From Chiloscyllium plagiosum (taxonomy: Eukaryota), in contig NC_057720.1 of NCBI RefSeq assembly GCF_004010195.1, forward strand, positions 25,437,611 to 25,501,610: a stretch of DNA of 64,000 bases, written 5' to 3'. Positions 11,212 through 22,366 of the stretch are shown here, one piece after another. A model generated the notes under the pieces. That model saw only the letters and a program-made list of their open reading frames with translations. It was not told the origin of the DNA and searched no databases. Positions within the stretch are counted from its first letter, which is position 1; the number at the start of each line of letters is the position of its first letter. A program made the translations under genes and the position numbers.

Positions 11212-12974
11212 AGTGCTATATTTGTTAACTTCCACTCTGGAACCATGATAGAATCTGTGGGATTTAGGAAAATTGGATCTAGTGCATCTACTTCCTTTTG
11301 AAACTTTGGATGTAGGCCATCAGATCCTGGGACTTGGTTAGTTTTCAGTCTCTTAAGTTTATCGTGCCTTGGTTTAAATTCCTTAGATTTGTTTTCTTCC
11401 TCTGAACCATACTCCCACTGTCACAAAAATTCTCACTGATACTCTGCGTAACTGTTTGTCCCAACTCTATGTACACAATATTTTTCAAAATATACAATAA
11501 CAATAAACACACAGCCAAATGACACATCATACAACCTGCAGTGGAGTTGATCAAGATTGTGGCCACTTTAAATTTGACATTGCATTAAACATAGATTTCC
11601 CCAAGTAGGCATGCTGAAGAATAAGAATGACTTGTTCTGCAATAACATTAGGTTCTATTTATCCTGATTTTTCGCCATCAGAACTGACTGCAGCAGGGAT
11701 CTCATCCATGGTGAAACTTGTCATCAAAATGCCACCGTACAGGAATGGTGCCAGTATGTAACTCTGCTCATTTTAACCCCTTGCTGACCCTCGTCCCTGC
11801 CCAGCAGCAGTGGTTGAAATCAGGCTTATCATTCCTTTCCTCTCATTCTCTTCATATTTTGTTTTCCTCAAAACCTGAGGTTTGTTTTGGAAGAGCAAAT
11901 GAAAAGAGGCAGGAAGAGAAACAACAAGCCCCAGATAATCAGGAAATGTAATCCATCAAGACAAAGATAGAAATGATGCAGGACATGAAATGAATTTCAA
12001 ACTGAAACAACAGATGCAGATCTCATGTGATTCTCTGCTGAAAACGATTGACTCCTCTACAGGAAACATTTCTTTTTCTCGTGTGTTTCATTCTTCATGT
12101 CTTTTCTCCCAGGCTCAACAGAAATAAATTCCAAACTTGTTAGATTCAAGTGAAAGCTGGACATCTTAATTCTGCCTGACTCTTTCATTCTTACCTGCTC
12201 ATAACTTGGACTGCTCTGAAGCATGACCTTTGCACTCTCGGCTGCCTGTTGATAGCACTGTGTTAATACAAATCCACTAACTTGATGTGCTGTCAAACCC
12301 AATATTTTGGGAACCTGAACTGACTTAAGCAAATGAGGCAAAACATTTAACGGCAATAGATAGTGTAGACATATTGAAATGAATTGTGAATTTTCAATGT
12401 GCAGAACACCAGCACTTGTGTGCTATTTGAGATGTATAGATTCTGATGATAAATATCCACTACAATGATAATTACACTTACCTTCTTTCAACTAACGGGT
12501 AAAACTATGCAGTATTATTGAGTATCACATGCTAACTATATTCCTTTCAGTCCAGTTAACATTAAAACTTCATTGCCACGGGGTTTCTGAGGTCAACATT
12601 AATAAGACCATTCCAATAGCAAAGGTTCTGCTAAATGTTGGTGACTCATTATTTCTAACCTTCATTAAGAATTCAGCAAAAGTAATTGCTGCAGTACTGG
12701 TTTATATCATTACTGTTTGGCTGCATCCATTTCAAATCATCAGATTAATCAATAAAACTAATTGAAACAAACACCTCTTGTACCAACATATTGATTAGAG
12801 TTTAACTTCTAATACATTTATAATTCCCATAAGGGACTTTTCACATAATAGGGGAAGGATATTGCACTAGAAACTGTGATGAACACTTAAAGCCAACAAC
12901 AGTTTTTTGAGTGGCATTTCACACAGAAACTGAGAAATGCAATTCACGACACTTGTGTTTTCCCTCATTTTTAA

Positions 12975-13625
12975 AAATTTATTCATGGAATGTGACAATC
13001 GCTGCCTAGGATAGCATTTATTTCTCAGACTTAATTGTCGAGGGGAAGGTGGGGATGAGTTGTTGTGGTCCCTGGGATGTACAGACATCCACAGTGCTTT
13101 TAGGAAGGGAATTCCAGGATTTTTGACCAGCAGCAATGAAAGATTGGCGACATATTACCATGTCAGGAAAGGTGTGCCTTTTGGAGGGGAGTCTGCAGCT
13201 GGTGCTATTCCTTTGTCCTTCATGGTGATAGAGTTTGGAAGGTGCTTTCGGAGGAGCTTGGGTGAATTATTCCAGTGCATTTTGCAGATGGTACAGACCG
13301 TGGCCACTGTGCATCAGTGGTGAAGTTGGTGGATAGGGTGCCAGTCAAGCAGGCTGCTTTCTCCTGCATGGTATCAAGCTTCCTGGGTGTTATTGGAGGT
13401 GATTGCACCCATCCAGGTGACAGATGCATATTCCATCCCATTCTTGACTTGTGCCCTGTAGATGGTAGATGTTCTTTGGGGAATCAGGAAGTGAATTGCT
13501 TGCTGAAATTCCAAGCTTTTGACACATTCTTTTAACCACAGTAATTATATGGTTAGACCAGTTCAATTCTCTGTAAATGTTAATCCCCAGGACATTAATA
13601 GTTGGAGGATTCAGCACTGGTAATA
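12975..13625 (-). mobile_element. CR1/L2-group LINE 3' relic
   Basis: Minus ORFs PTINVLGINIYRELNWSNHI and KLDTMQEKAACL; homologous to 54323-55475. Confidence 0.8.
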
Positions 13626-13664
13626 TTTGAATTTATTCTAAGCTGTAGCTAAGAAGAAAAGACA

Positions 13665-14960
13665 TAGGAATCGAATTTGGCCATTCGCCCCCTTAAGTCT
13701 GAACAAAGAACAAGAACAAAGAACCTTACAGCACAGGAACAGACTCTTCACCTCTCCAAGTCTGCGCCAATCCAGATCCTCTGTCTAAACCTTTTGCCTA
13801 TTTTCTAAGGATCTGTATCCCTTTGCTCCCTGCACATTCATGTATCTAGATACATCTTAAATGATGCTATCATTCCCACCTCCACTGGCAACGTGTTCCA
13901 GGGCCCCACCACTCTATCCACGCATATCTCCCCTAAACCTTTCCCCTCTCACGTTGAACTTGTGACCCCTAGTAATTAAGTTCCGCACTCTGGGATAAAG
14001 CTTCTTGCTATCCACCCTGTCAATACCTCTCATGATTTTGTCGGCATCAATCAGTTCTAAAGGGTCTTTCCTTCACTCTGAGGTTGTGCCTTCAGCCCCT
14101 AGTCTCTCCTACTGGTGGAAACATCTTCTCCACATCCACTCTGTCCAGGTCTCTCAGTATTCTGTAAGTTTCAATCAGATTCCCCTGCATCCTTTTAAAC
14201 ACCATTGAATATAGACCCAGAGTCCTCAACTGTTCCTCATATGATGAGCCTTTCATCCCCAGGATCAGCCTCCTTTCAACCTCTTCCCATACCAGTACAT
14301 CCTTCCTTCGATGCTGGGCCCAAAATGAGTCACAATATTCCAAATGTTTTCTGATCAGAGCCTTATATAACCTCAGCATTACATCTCTGCTTTTGTATTA
14401 TAACTCATTTTAAATTAATGCTAACATTGCATTTGTCTTCCTAACTGCCAACTGAACCTGCATGTAAACCTTAACAGACTCCTGGACTAGGACTCCTAAG
14501 TTCCTTGTGCTTCAGATTTTTGAAGCCTTTCCCCATTTAGAAAATAGTCTCTGCCTCTATTCTTCCTCCCAAAGTACATGACCTCACACTTCCCCACATT
14601 GCATTCCATCTGTCACTTCTTCGTCCACTCTCCTACTCTGTCCAAGTCCTTCTGCAGCCTCTTCCCTTCCTCAACGCTACCTGTCCTTCCGCCTACTTTG
14701 TCATCTGCAAGCTTAGCAACAATGCCCTTAGTTCTTTCGTCTAGATTGTTCATGTACACCATGAATAAGTGTGGTGTCTAACACAGACCCTGCAGCACTC
14801 CACTAGTCATGGGCTGCCATCCTCTGTATCCCCATTCTCTTCCTTCTGCCAGTCAGTCAATCCTCTATTCATGCCAGTGTCTTGCCTCTAACATCAGGGG
14901 CTCTTATCTTATTTAGCAACCTCCTGTATGGCACCTTGTCAAAGCCTTCTGGAATCCAAG
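13665..14960 (-). mobile_element. CR1 LINE 3' portion (two nested CR1 pieces)
   Basis: MLRLYKALIRKHLEYC..GMKGSSYEEQLRTLGLYS..GNLIETYRIL and FDKVPYRRLLNKIRA; tails at 13665 and 13701. Confidence 0.9.
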
Positions 14961-15751
14961 AGACTGCTGACACTTCTTGCCTTGCCTCCTTGTCCACATA
15001 GTGTTTTGGGTCTATCTTGGTTAAACACCGTTTCTGAGGGGTAAACATATACACCTTACTGATATTGCAAGACCAGGTCAAATAACATACATAGTGCTAC
15101 CTGTGTAGAAAGTTTCTTTTCTTCTACAAAGATGTTGATTCTTTGCATTTACAATAAGTATTAACTTTCAGGAAGACAAAATTTTGCGAATTATACTGAG
15201 ATTGTCGTCATGTTATCAACCAAGCTGAAATTCTCAGACTTAAGGGGTCATTGTCTGGAGAAGTGGGGCATTACTAGTGTGTGGACCAATTGGCATTATA
15301 CTCCTGCCGAAGGTGTCAGGACCATCTGCTTTTGCTGCCCAACCAAAATGAAGGGGCAGAGTTAGTGGGGGCAGGGTGATGAAGCCAGGCCCAATGATCC
15401 CTGGGAAAACAAGTTTGGAGTCCATAGAAAAGAAGGACTCCCCTTAAAATTGCTTAACAATTGGGATGGAGTCCTCATATTCACTTAGATAAAATTGTGC
15501 AGGCAGTAGCTAATCTCTGATTGACCCGAGTCAAGAAGTTGTGCATTGTGATTCGTTATTCAGAACACTGCATCGCGTCTGTTGATAACTTCTCATTTGA
15601 CTTGCCTTGAGCAATATCATGGGAAATCTGCTAATCTGTAACTAACTCAAAAACTTTTCTGTGGGTGAACATTGCATTGAAAGCTTTTCTGCAACGATTT
15701 TCTGTGGAAATTGCAATATCAAGGTGCCAGTACCCCTGTCATGGATATTTA

Positions 15752-15855
15752 ATGATCAACCTGTTTAGGGAGATTACACCTCTGAAGCAGGTAGGACTTG
15801 AATCCAACCATCCTAGTGCAGAGGTAAGGACATTATGGGTACACCACAAGAGCCC
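15752..15855 (-). mobile_element. Short tRNA-derived SINE
   Basis: Reverse complement starts GGGCTCTTGTGGTG..GGATTCAAGTCCTACCTGC; same head at 18432-18487 (+). Confidence 0.6.
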
Positions 15856-16419
15856 ACACCCATGGTGTGCATACAAAGTGGCATGTTAATTCAAATTGTA
15901 ATGTTCAGTAATCACACTGATCTGCATTAATTCATCCATGACACCACTAGATGGGACTCTCATAGGAGTTCCAGAATTAAAGGACAGCACAGATCTCTAA
16001 ACAATTTTAATCACATCATATCCATAAATCACTCCAATGCCATGTAAAATATACTAATACATCTTTTTATATCATATAAAAGTCACCATAGTCCCAGAGG
16101 ATCACAGGACTGTTCTTTCATTAGAGAGAAACAACTGGTGATGGTTTAACCGAGCTGTTACCATACGATATAAGCAGTGATTTGAAAGATGTTTATACAG
16201 GAGTTGAAGCTTTAACAATAACATGGCAATATTATGATGTGGAGGTGCCAGTGTTGGACTGGAATTCTCTGCCCAGTTTGGTGGTTGAAGGAGAAGCCTT
16301 CAAATCATTTAAAAGGAACCTGGATCCATTCCTGAAGAATTATAGGCCAGGCACTGTAAAGTGGGATTAGAGTGGGTGGCCAGTTTATTCAGCCAGTGCA
16401 GACATCATAGATTGATGTT

Positions 16420-16712
16420 CAAAGTCAGAAGTCACACGACACCAGGTTATAATGCAACAGATTTATTTGAAATCACAAGCTTTCGGAATGCAGCGCCTTC
16501 ATCAGGTGACGTGGAGGGAAGCACACAAGCACAAGATTTATAAGCGGAGGGATAAACGCTAGATAATTCCAGAAATGATTGAGAAATTTTGAAACTCTGA
16601 ATTACCTGGAATTATCAATGATGAAGGAGCAGCGATCTGAAAGCTGCCCCTTAGGTCCCTTTTGAACTATAAACCTTTTGAACTATAACCTGATGTTGTG
16701 TGACTTCTGACT
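16420..16712. mobile_element. Head-to-head inverted PLE family B termini with hammerheads at 16474-16508 (-) and ~16617-16645 (+, degenerate)
   Basis: AGTCAGAAGTCACACGACACCAGGTTATA ... TATAACCTGATGTTGTGTGACTTCTGACT. Confidence 0.8.
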
Positions 16713-16959
16713 ATGACAATATTAGTCAGCATGATAAATGTAAAGGGAATGGATTGTGCCCAAAGAGGGTGTGAATCGAGGAAAGCACAGTGACAGTGTG
16801 CCAGATGGAGAGGCTTGAGAACTGTATTAAATTCATCTTTGTGATTTGTTCCATTACCTCTTAATAAATTAATATAGATGTAGTTGAAGGACAGGCATAG
16901 AGTTAGCATTAGTGGAGACTGTTTGGTGCTTCAGCTTTCAAGTGCTAACAGAACCGGAG

Positions 16960-17690
16960 AACCATAGAAGAGTTACAGCATAGAGAGAGGCCATTCAATC
17001 TATGATGTCTGCACTGGCTGAATAAACTGGCCACCCACTCTAATCCCACTTTACAGTGACTGGTCTCTAATTCTTCAGGTACGGATCCAGGTTCCTTTTG
17101 AATGCGTTGAAGGCTTCTGCTTCAACTGCCAAACTGGGCAGTGAATTCCAGTCATCCACTACCCTCTAGGTGAAAAAGTTTTACCTCATGTCCCTTCTAA
17201 TGGGCGGCACGGTGGCACAGTGGTTAACACTGCTGCCTCACAGCGTCAGAGACCTGGGTTCAATTCCTGCCTCAGGCGAATGACTGTGTGGAGTTTGCAC
17301 ATTCTCCCAGTGTCCGCGTGGGTTTCCTCCGGGTGCTCCGGTTTCCTCTCACCGTCTAAAGATGTGCAGGTTAGGTGAATTGGCCATGCTAAAATTGCCC
17401 GTAGTGTTAGGTGAAGGGGTAAATGTAGAGGAATGGGTGTGGGTGGGTTGCGCTTCGGCGGGTCGGTGTGGACTTGTTCGGCTGAAGGGCCTGTTTCCAC
17501 TCTGTAAGTAATCTAATCTAATGGTTCTATGGCTGTAACGTTTCTATCAATCACCTTAAATCTATGCCTCTGGGTAACTGATTTCTCTGCTGGGGGAAAC
17601 AGGTCTTCCCTGTCCTCTCTATCCAAGCCCTTCATTGTTTTTTTACACCTCCATTAACTTTCCCTGCAGCCTACTCCATTCTTTTACCTT
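16960..17690 (-). mobile_element. CR1 3' end, interrupted by an HE1 SINE
   Basis: CATAGAAGAGTTACAGCATAGAGAGAGGCCATTC tail; continues after 17522 (ccttaaatctatgcctctggg). Confidence 0.7.
17202..17522 (+). mobile_element. HE1-type V-SINE, full length
   Basis: GGGCGGCACGGTGGCACAGTGGTTA (A box), GGTTCAATTCC (B box), V-domain TGTGTGGAGTTTGCACATTCTCCC..GGGTTTCCTCCGGGTGCTCCGGTTTCC, (TAATC)n tail. Confidence 0.95.
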
Positions 17691-17699
17691 CCTGAAATA

Positions 17700-19470
17700 T
17701 AACATTTTGTTAGACATTGTCTCAAGCTCTATATTCCTGCAGAATCTTATCCAATATACTTTCTGATAACTAGAGTCTAGATTTGATGGTGTGGGGACAT
17801 CAAATTCTTTTCTGTGTGGGGACATGCTAACACTACACCTGTGGAATTCCTCTTTCAAAAGTCCCTCATTGATTTGCCACTGATTTTCAATCAAGTAATT
17901 TTATCCAGTCTGTTTTTGCTCGATCATCTCTCAGCTTTGTACAATTTGTCTTACCCCAATTTAGAACTTGTATTCCTGTTTTACCTTTGTCCCTTTGCAT
18001 GATGATGCTAAATCTAACTGCATCATGATCATCATCTTCAAGGAGGTCAAAATTGCTACTTTATCCAGCTACTCACCTTTATTGCCCAAAAACAAATTCC
18101 AGAATTGTACACTCTCTCATTTGATTTATTGCGTGCTGGCAAAAAAGATACCCTTGAATGCAGTTCAAGAATATTGTCCTCTTTCAGGTTCACATTGTTT
18201 GCATTTGGATAGTTGAATTCCCCTTCTATTCTTTTTGGCAGTCAGATATTTCCTGATGTATTTGCTCCTCTAACTGTCTCCCATTATTTGAGTGTCTATG
18301 GTGTATACCTAGCAGTATAGCTGCCCTCTTTTTGTTTCTGAGCTCAACCCAGATGGGCTTATTGGATACTTCATTTAATATACTGTTCCTCCTCAGAGCT
18401 GCAATCGATAATGTAAGTGATTTAACCTGACAGGGCTCTTGTGGTGCAGTCCCTACCTCTGAGCCAAGAGGCGTAGATTCAAGTTCCACTGCTGCCTCAC
18501 ATGCCAGGGACCTGGGTTCGATTTCAGCCTCAGATGACAGTCTATGTGGAGTTTGCACATTCTCCCTGTGTCTGCGTGGGTTTCCTCCAGGTGCTCCGGT
18601 TTCCTCCCACAATCCAAAGATGTGCAGGTCAAGTGAATTGGCCAAGCTAAGTTGATCATAGTTTTAGGTGCAATAGTCAGGGGTAAATGTAAGGGAATGG
18701 GTCTGGGTGGATTACTCTTTGGAGGGTCAGTGTGGTCTTGCTGGGCCGAATGGAATCTAATCTAATCTCTGAGGAGATTGATTACAAAACAAACGATACA
18801 TTTGTTTCATATTATCACCATCTATGTCCTATCTGTAAACTCTATATCCAGGGATGTTAAACTGTCATCCTTGCACCTCATTAAGCCAGTTTTCCATTAT
18901 ACGAATTGTATCATGCTACCATGTGTCTAACTATGCCCTCAGCTCATCAGCTTTAAGCGCTATGTGCTTCGTGTTCTAATTTATACAGTTTAATGCTGCC
19001 ACATTCTTGTGCCGTACACCTTTTAACCTCTGCTTCTTCTGTCTCTCAGAGCCATTTGCTAAATTTCTTCCATCCATTTCCCAGCTCTGAATTTGCCATC
19101 ATGTTCCATCACCTTGTCAATCTAGATTAAACCTTCCCCAACGGCATTTGCAAATTTTTCTGCGAGAATATTTATTCTGATCATGCTCAGGTGCAGACTG
19201 GCTTATTGAAGTCCCATTTTCCCCAAGAGTGGTGTCAGTGCCTCAGAAATCAGAAGAAGGGGTAGACTCAGGACTCCTTTAATGCCCACCTGGTTCTCTT
19301 GGATTGTCTGGTGTTGACGCATCCTCTCTCTTCCTTCATACTTCTAATATGTCGTATGACCAGCTCCCTATAGATGGTGTTCATCTGGGACATGTGGTGC
19401 AGCTGTATCTTCATACATACTGCAGGATACACACTGCACTTGGCTGAGCTGACTTGCAATCCCATAACTT
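17700..19470 (-). mobile_element. CR1 5' relic (ORF1 and ORF2 endonuclease), interrupted by SINEs
   Basis: IWVELRNKKRAAILLGIHHR..QLEEQIHQEI (endonuclease); Cys-rich ORF1-like segment at ~19270-19465. Confidence 0.65.
18432..18768 (+). mobile_element. Short-SINE head followed by an HE1 V-SINE
   Basis: GGGCTCTTGTGGTGCAG.. then CACTGCTGCCTCAC..V-domain..AATCTAATCTAATC. Confidence 0.9.
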
Positions 19471-19787
19471 TGAAAACTATTCATTACAGTTGGAATAGTA
19501 GAATTACTTACCCATACTCACCAATCAGCCTGTCTTTGTATTCACAATAAGTTCCAACTACTGGAGGCTGAAAATGTTTGAAGATAAAAGGAGTATCTCT
19601 TTCCCCTTTCATTGAACTCCTTCTATCTCACTATTTCCATTTCGCACTCTGTATAGCTCACACAGCATTCAGGGTAGACAATGCAGTACTCAGCAAGGTC
19701 TCTATGCTTCCTGAAAGCAACTGATTCAATACTTCAAAAAACAATTTTAAATCAGCCTGATAAGTTGGAATAAAATGTAACTTCTCT

Positions 19788-20708
19788 TAATTTGAAGATT
19801 GATGTTTAAGTGCAAAATTAAAGAAAAAGCTAGACTTGAGATAAAACTTGCCCGTTAAGAATCTCACATGTCAAATTGTAGTGCAGACTGCGCAAGAGAT
19901 CTAAATGACCTGGAATTGCATTACTGCCTGCAATGACATGCATCTTAATATTAATGTCTGTTTAAATGATAATATCAAAGTTGCCAATAATGCTTTAAGC
20001 CTTATGATTTAGGTGAGTTCAAATGATCAACTGGTGCACTCAGTGGAGACTGTGGTGTAGTGAAATGTTACTAGACTAGTGGTTCAGAAGCCCAGGTTAA
20101 TGTTCCAGGGACATGATTCAAATCCTAACACAGTAGCTGGTGGAATTTCAATTCGTTACTTGGGTAAAAGATGTTGACCTTGTCACTGGTGCCTACATAG
20201 AATCCCTATAATGTCTAGGCAGGCCATTCAGCACATCAGGTCTACAGCCATCAGCTGGACAGCATCCCACCTAGACCCAATCTCCCCCCCCGCAACCTTG
20301 CATTTCCCATGACTAATTCACCTACAATCCATGGAAGAATAAAGAAAATCAGAAATAACTTCATTGAGCTCTGTTATCTGGGATTGGTGTTGGGTGATCC
20401 CAGGGTTTTTGAACAGGACAAGAGAATCTTTCTGATTACACCAATCTCTGACTTTTGTAGCATTTGGACTCTTCTTTTTGAGTGTGGCCCAGCAGTCCCT
20501 TCACAGGCCATTCTTCAGGCATCTCAAAATCTGGAAATATGGCTGACAATTTCTGATCGCCATTGCAGGCAGTAATGCAATTCCACGTCATTTAGATCTC
20601 TTGCACAGTCTGCACTATGAGCAGTTGTATGAGATTCTTAATGGGCAAGTTTTATCTCAAGTCTAGCTTTTTCTTTGATTTTGCTCTTAAACATTCGTCT
20701 TCAAATTA
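19788..20708. repeat. Long inverted repeat: 148-bp arms 19788-19935 and 20561-20708, 625-bp spacer
   Basis: Manual alignment of arm 1 to the reverse complement of arm 2: 131/148 identical, no indels. Confidence 0.95.
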
Positions 20709-20784
20709 GTCAGATTGAATTTAAGAACTGGGATCTGAAATGCGCATTTCTTTTCAAAATTGACATGAGATCTGCATTTGCTCA

Positions 20785-20894
20785 AGTCCGGCATACCTCG
20801 ACACGGTCCTGTCCCCATTAGTCCGGCATACCTCGACACGGTCCTGTCCCCATTAGTCCGGCATACCTCGACACGGTCCTGTCCCCATTAGTCC
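20785..20894 (+). repeat. Perfect 35-bp tandem repeat x3 (+5 bp)
   Basis: AGTCCGGCATACCTCGACACGGTCCTGTCCCCATT at 20785, 20820 and 20855. Confidence 0.98.
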
Positions 20895-20932
20895 AAGAAC
20901 TCCCTCCCCCTGTTCGTGACACCACCCACGCC

Positions 20933-21860
20933 AGGGGCCACTGCTGTTTGTCATTTTTATACATGACCTGGATGATGGCGTAGAAGGATGGGTTAGTAAA
21001 TTTACAAATGACTCTAAGGTCGGTCGAGCTGTGGACAGTGCTGAAGGATATTGCTGCTTACAGAGGGACATAGATAAGCTGCAGAGTTGGGCTGAAAGGT
21101 GGCAAATGGAGTTTAATGCAGAAAAGTGTGAGGTGATTCATTTTGGAAGAAGTAACAGTAATACAGAGTACTGGGGTAATGGTAAGGTTCTTGCAGTGTG
21201 GATGAGCAGAAAGATCTCCGTGTCCATGTACATAGATCCCTGAAAGTTGCCACCCAGGTTAATAGGATTGTTAAGAAGGCATATGAACCATGGGGTTATG
21301 TTGCAGCTGTAGGAAACTATGGTGTGGCCGCACTTGGAGTATTGCGTACAGTTCTGGTTACCACATTATAGGAAGGATGTGTAAGTTTTGGAAAAGATGC
21401 AGAGGAGATTTATGAGGATATTGTCTGGTATGGAAGGAAGGTCTTCTGAGGAAAGACTGAGTGACCTGAGGCTGTTTTCGTTAGAAGGAAGAGGTTGAGA
21501 GGTGACTTAATAGAGATGTGAAAGATGATCAGAGGATTAGATAGTGTTAGCAGAGAGAGACGTTTTCCTCGGATAGTGATGGCTAGCATGAGAGGACATA
21601 GCTTTAAATTGAGCGGTGATAGATATAGGACAGATGTCAGAGGGGTAGTTTCTTTACTCAGAGAGTAGTAATGGCGTGAAACTCCCTGCCTGCAACTGTA
21701 GTAGACTCACCGACTTTAATGTCTTTTTAAATGGCCATTGGATAAACATATGGATGATAATGCAACAATGCAGGTTAGTTCAGCTTCAGGCTGGTTTCAC
21801 AGGTCAGCACAACATTGAGGGTCAGAGAGCCTGGACTGTGCTGTAATGTTCTGTGTTCTT
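20933..21860 (+). mobile_element. CR1 LINE, 5'-truncated (RT to tail)
   Basis: GPLLFVIFIHDLD..KFTNDSK..LQRDIDKLQSWAERWQMEFNAEKCEVIHFG; tail CTGTGCTGTAATGTTCTGTGTTCT. Confidence 0.92.
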
Positions 21861-21861
21861 T

Positions 21862-22320
21862 GAAAGCAAGATAATATTTCGAGTCTGGCGATTCTTCATC
21901 AGAACTGTTAACAGCTCAGGAAAGGTGGTAATATATTGAAGTGACGTTTGTGGGAAGGGGTTGGTCTTGCACAAGGTGACTTACTTGCCGATTTACTTCC
22001 TCCAACCTCAGTATCCAAGGCCTCAGGCACACCTTCCAGGTGAAGCAGCAGCTTACCTGCACTTCTCTCAACTCATTTATTTCATTCACTGCTCAGAATG
22101 TGGTCTCCTGTATATCGGGGGAGATGAAACACAGATTTGATGACCGCTTTGCTGAACACCTACACTCTGTCTGTAAAACATGACCCAGAGTTTCCCACTG
22201 CCTCCACTTCAACACACCACTGTGTTCCTACACCAACATTTCTGTCCCAGATCTGTTGCAGTGTTCCTTAACGCAAGTTCAAAGAACAACACTTCATTTT
22301 CCACTTGGGGATTCTGTTTA
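21862..22320 (+). mobile_element. PLE family C relic: inverted terminus with hammerhead (21870-21906, -) then GIY-YIG fragment
   Basis: Minus strand CTGATGA A GAATC GCCA GACTC GAA ATAT T; + strand TCTSLNSF..CSECGLLYIG..RFAEH. Confidence 0.7.
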
Positions 22321-22330
22321 CTCTCTGCTC

Positions 22331-22366
22331 ATTCCTGAAGAAGGGCCTGTGCCCGAAACGTCGAAT
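22331..22366 (+). ncRNA. Minimal type-I hammerhead ribozyme motif (family A), best-preserved copy
   Basis: ATTC CTGAAGA A GGGC CTGT GCCC GAA ACGT C GAAT: stem I AUUC/GAAU, stem II GGGC/GCCC, palindromic helix III ACGU, GUC cleavage triplet. Sits in a PLE terminus running to ~22428. Confidence 0.85.

Noticed and set aside
16562..16616. 11-bp stem GATAATTCCAG/CTGGAATTATC as a pre-miRNA
   Set aside because: Lies at the centre of an inverted PLE unit and the inner pairing is poor
17202..17275. tRNA-like A/B boxes here and in the other SINE heads
   Set aside because: These are SINE heads continuing into a V-domain and tail; no complete cloverleaf
20785..20894. 35-bp repeats resembling a CRISPR array
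   Set aside because: The repeats are directly adjacent with no spacers, there are no cas genes, and the context is vertebrate
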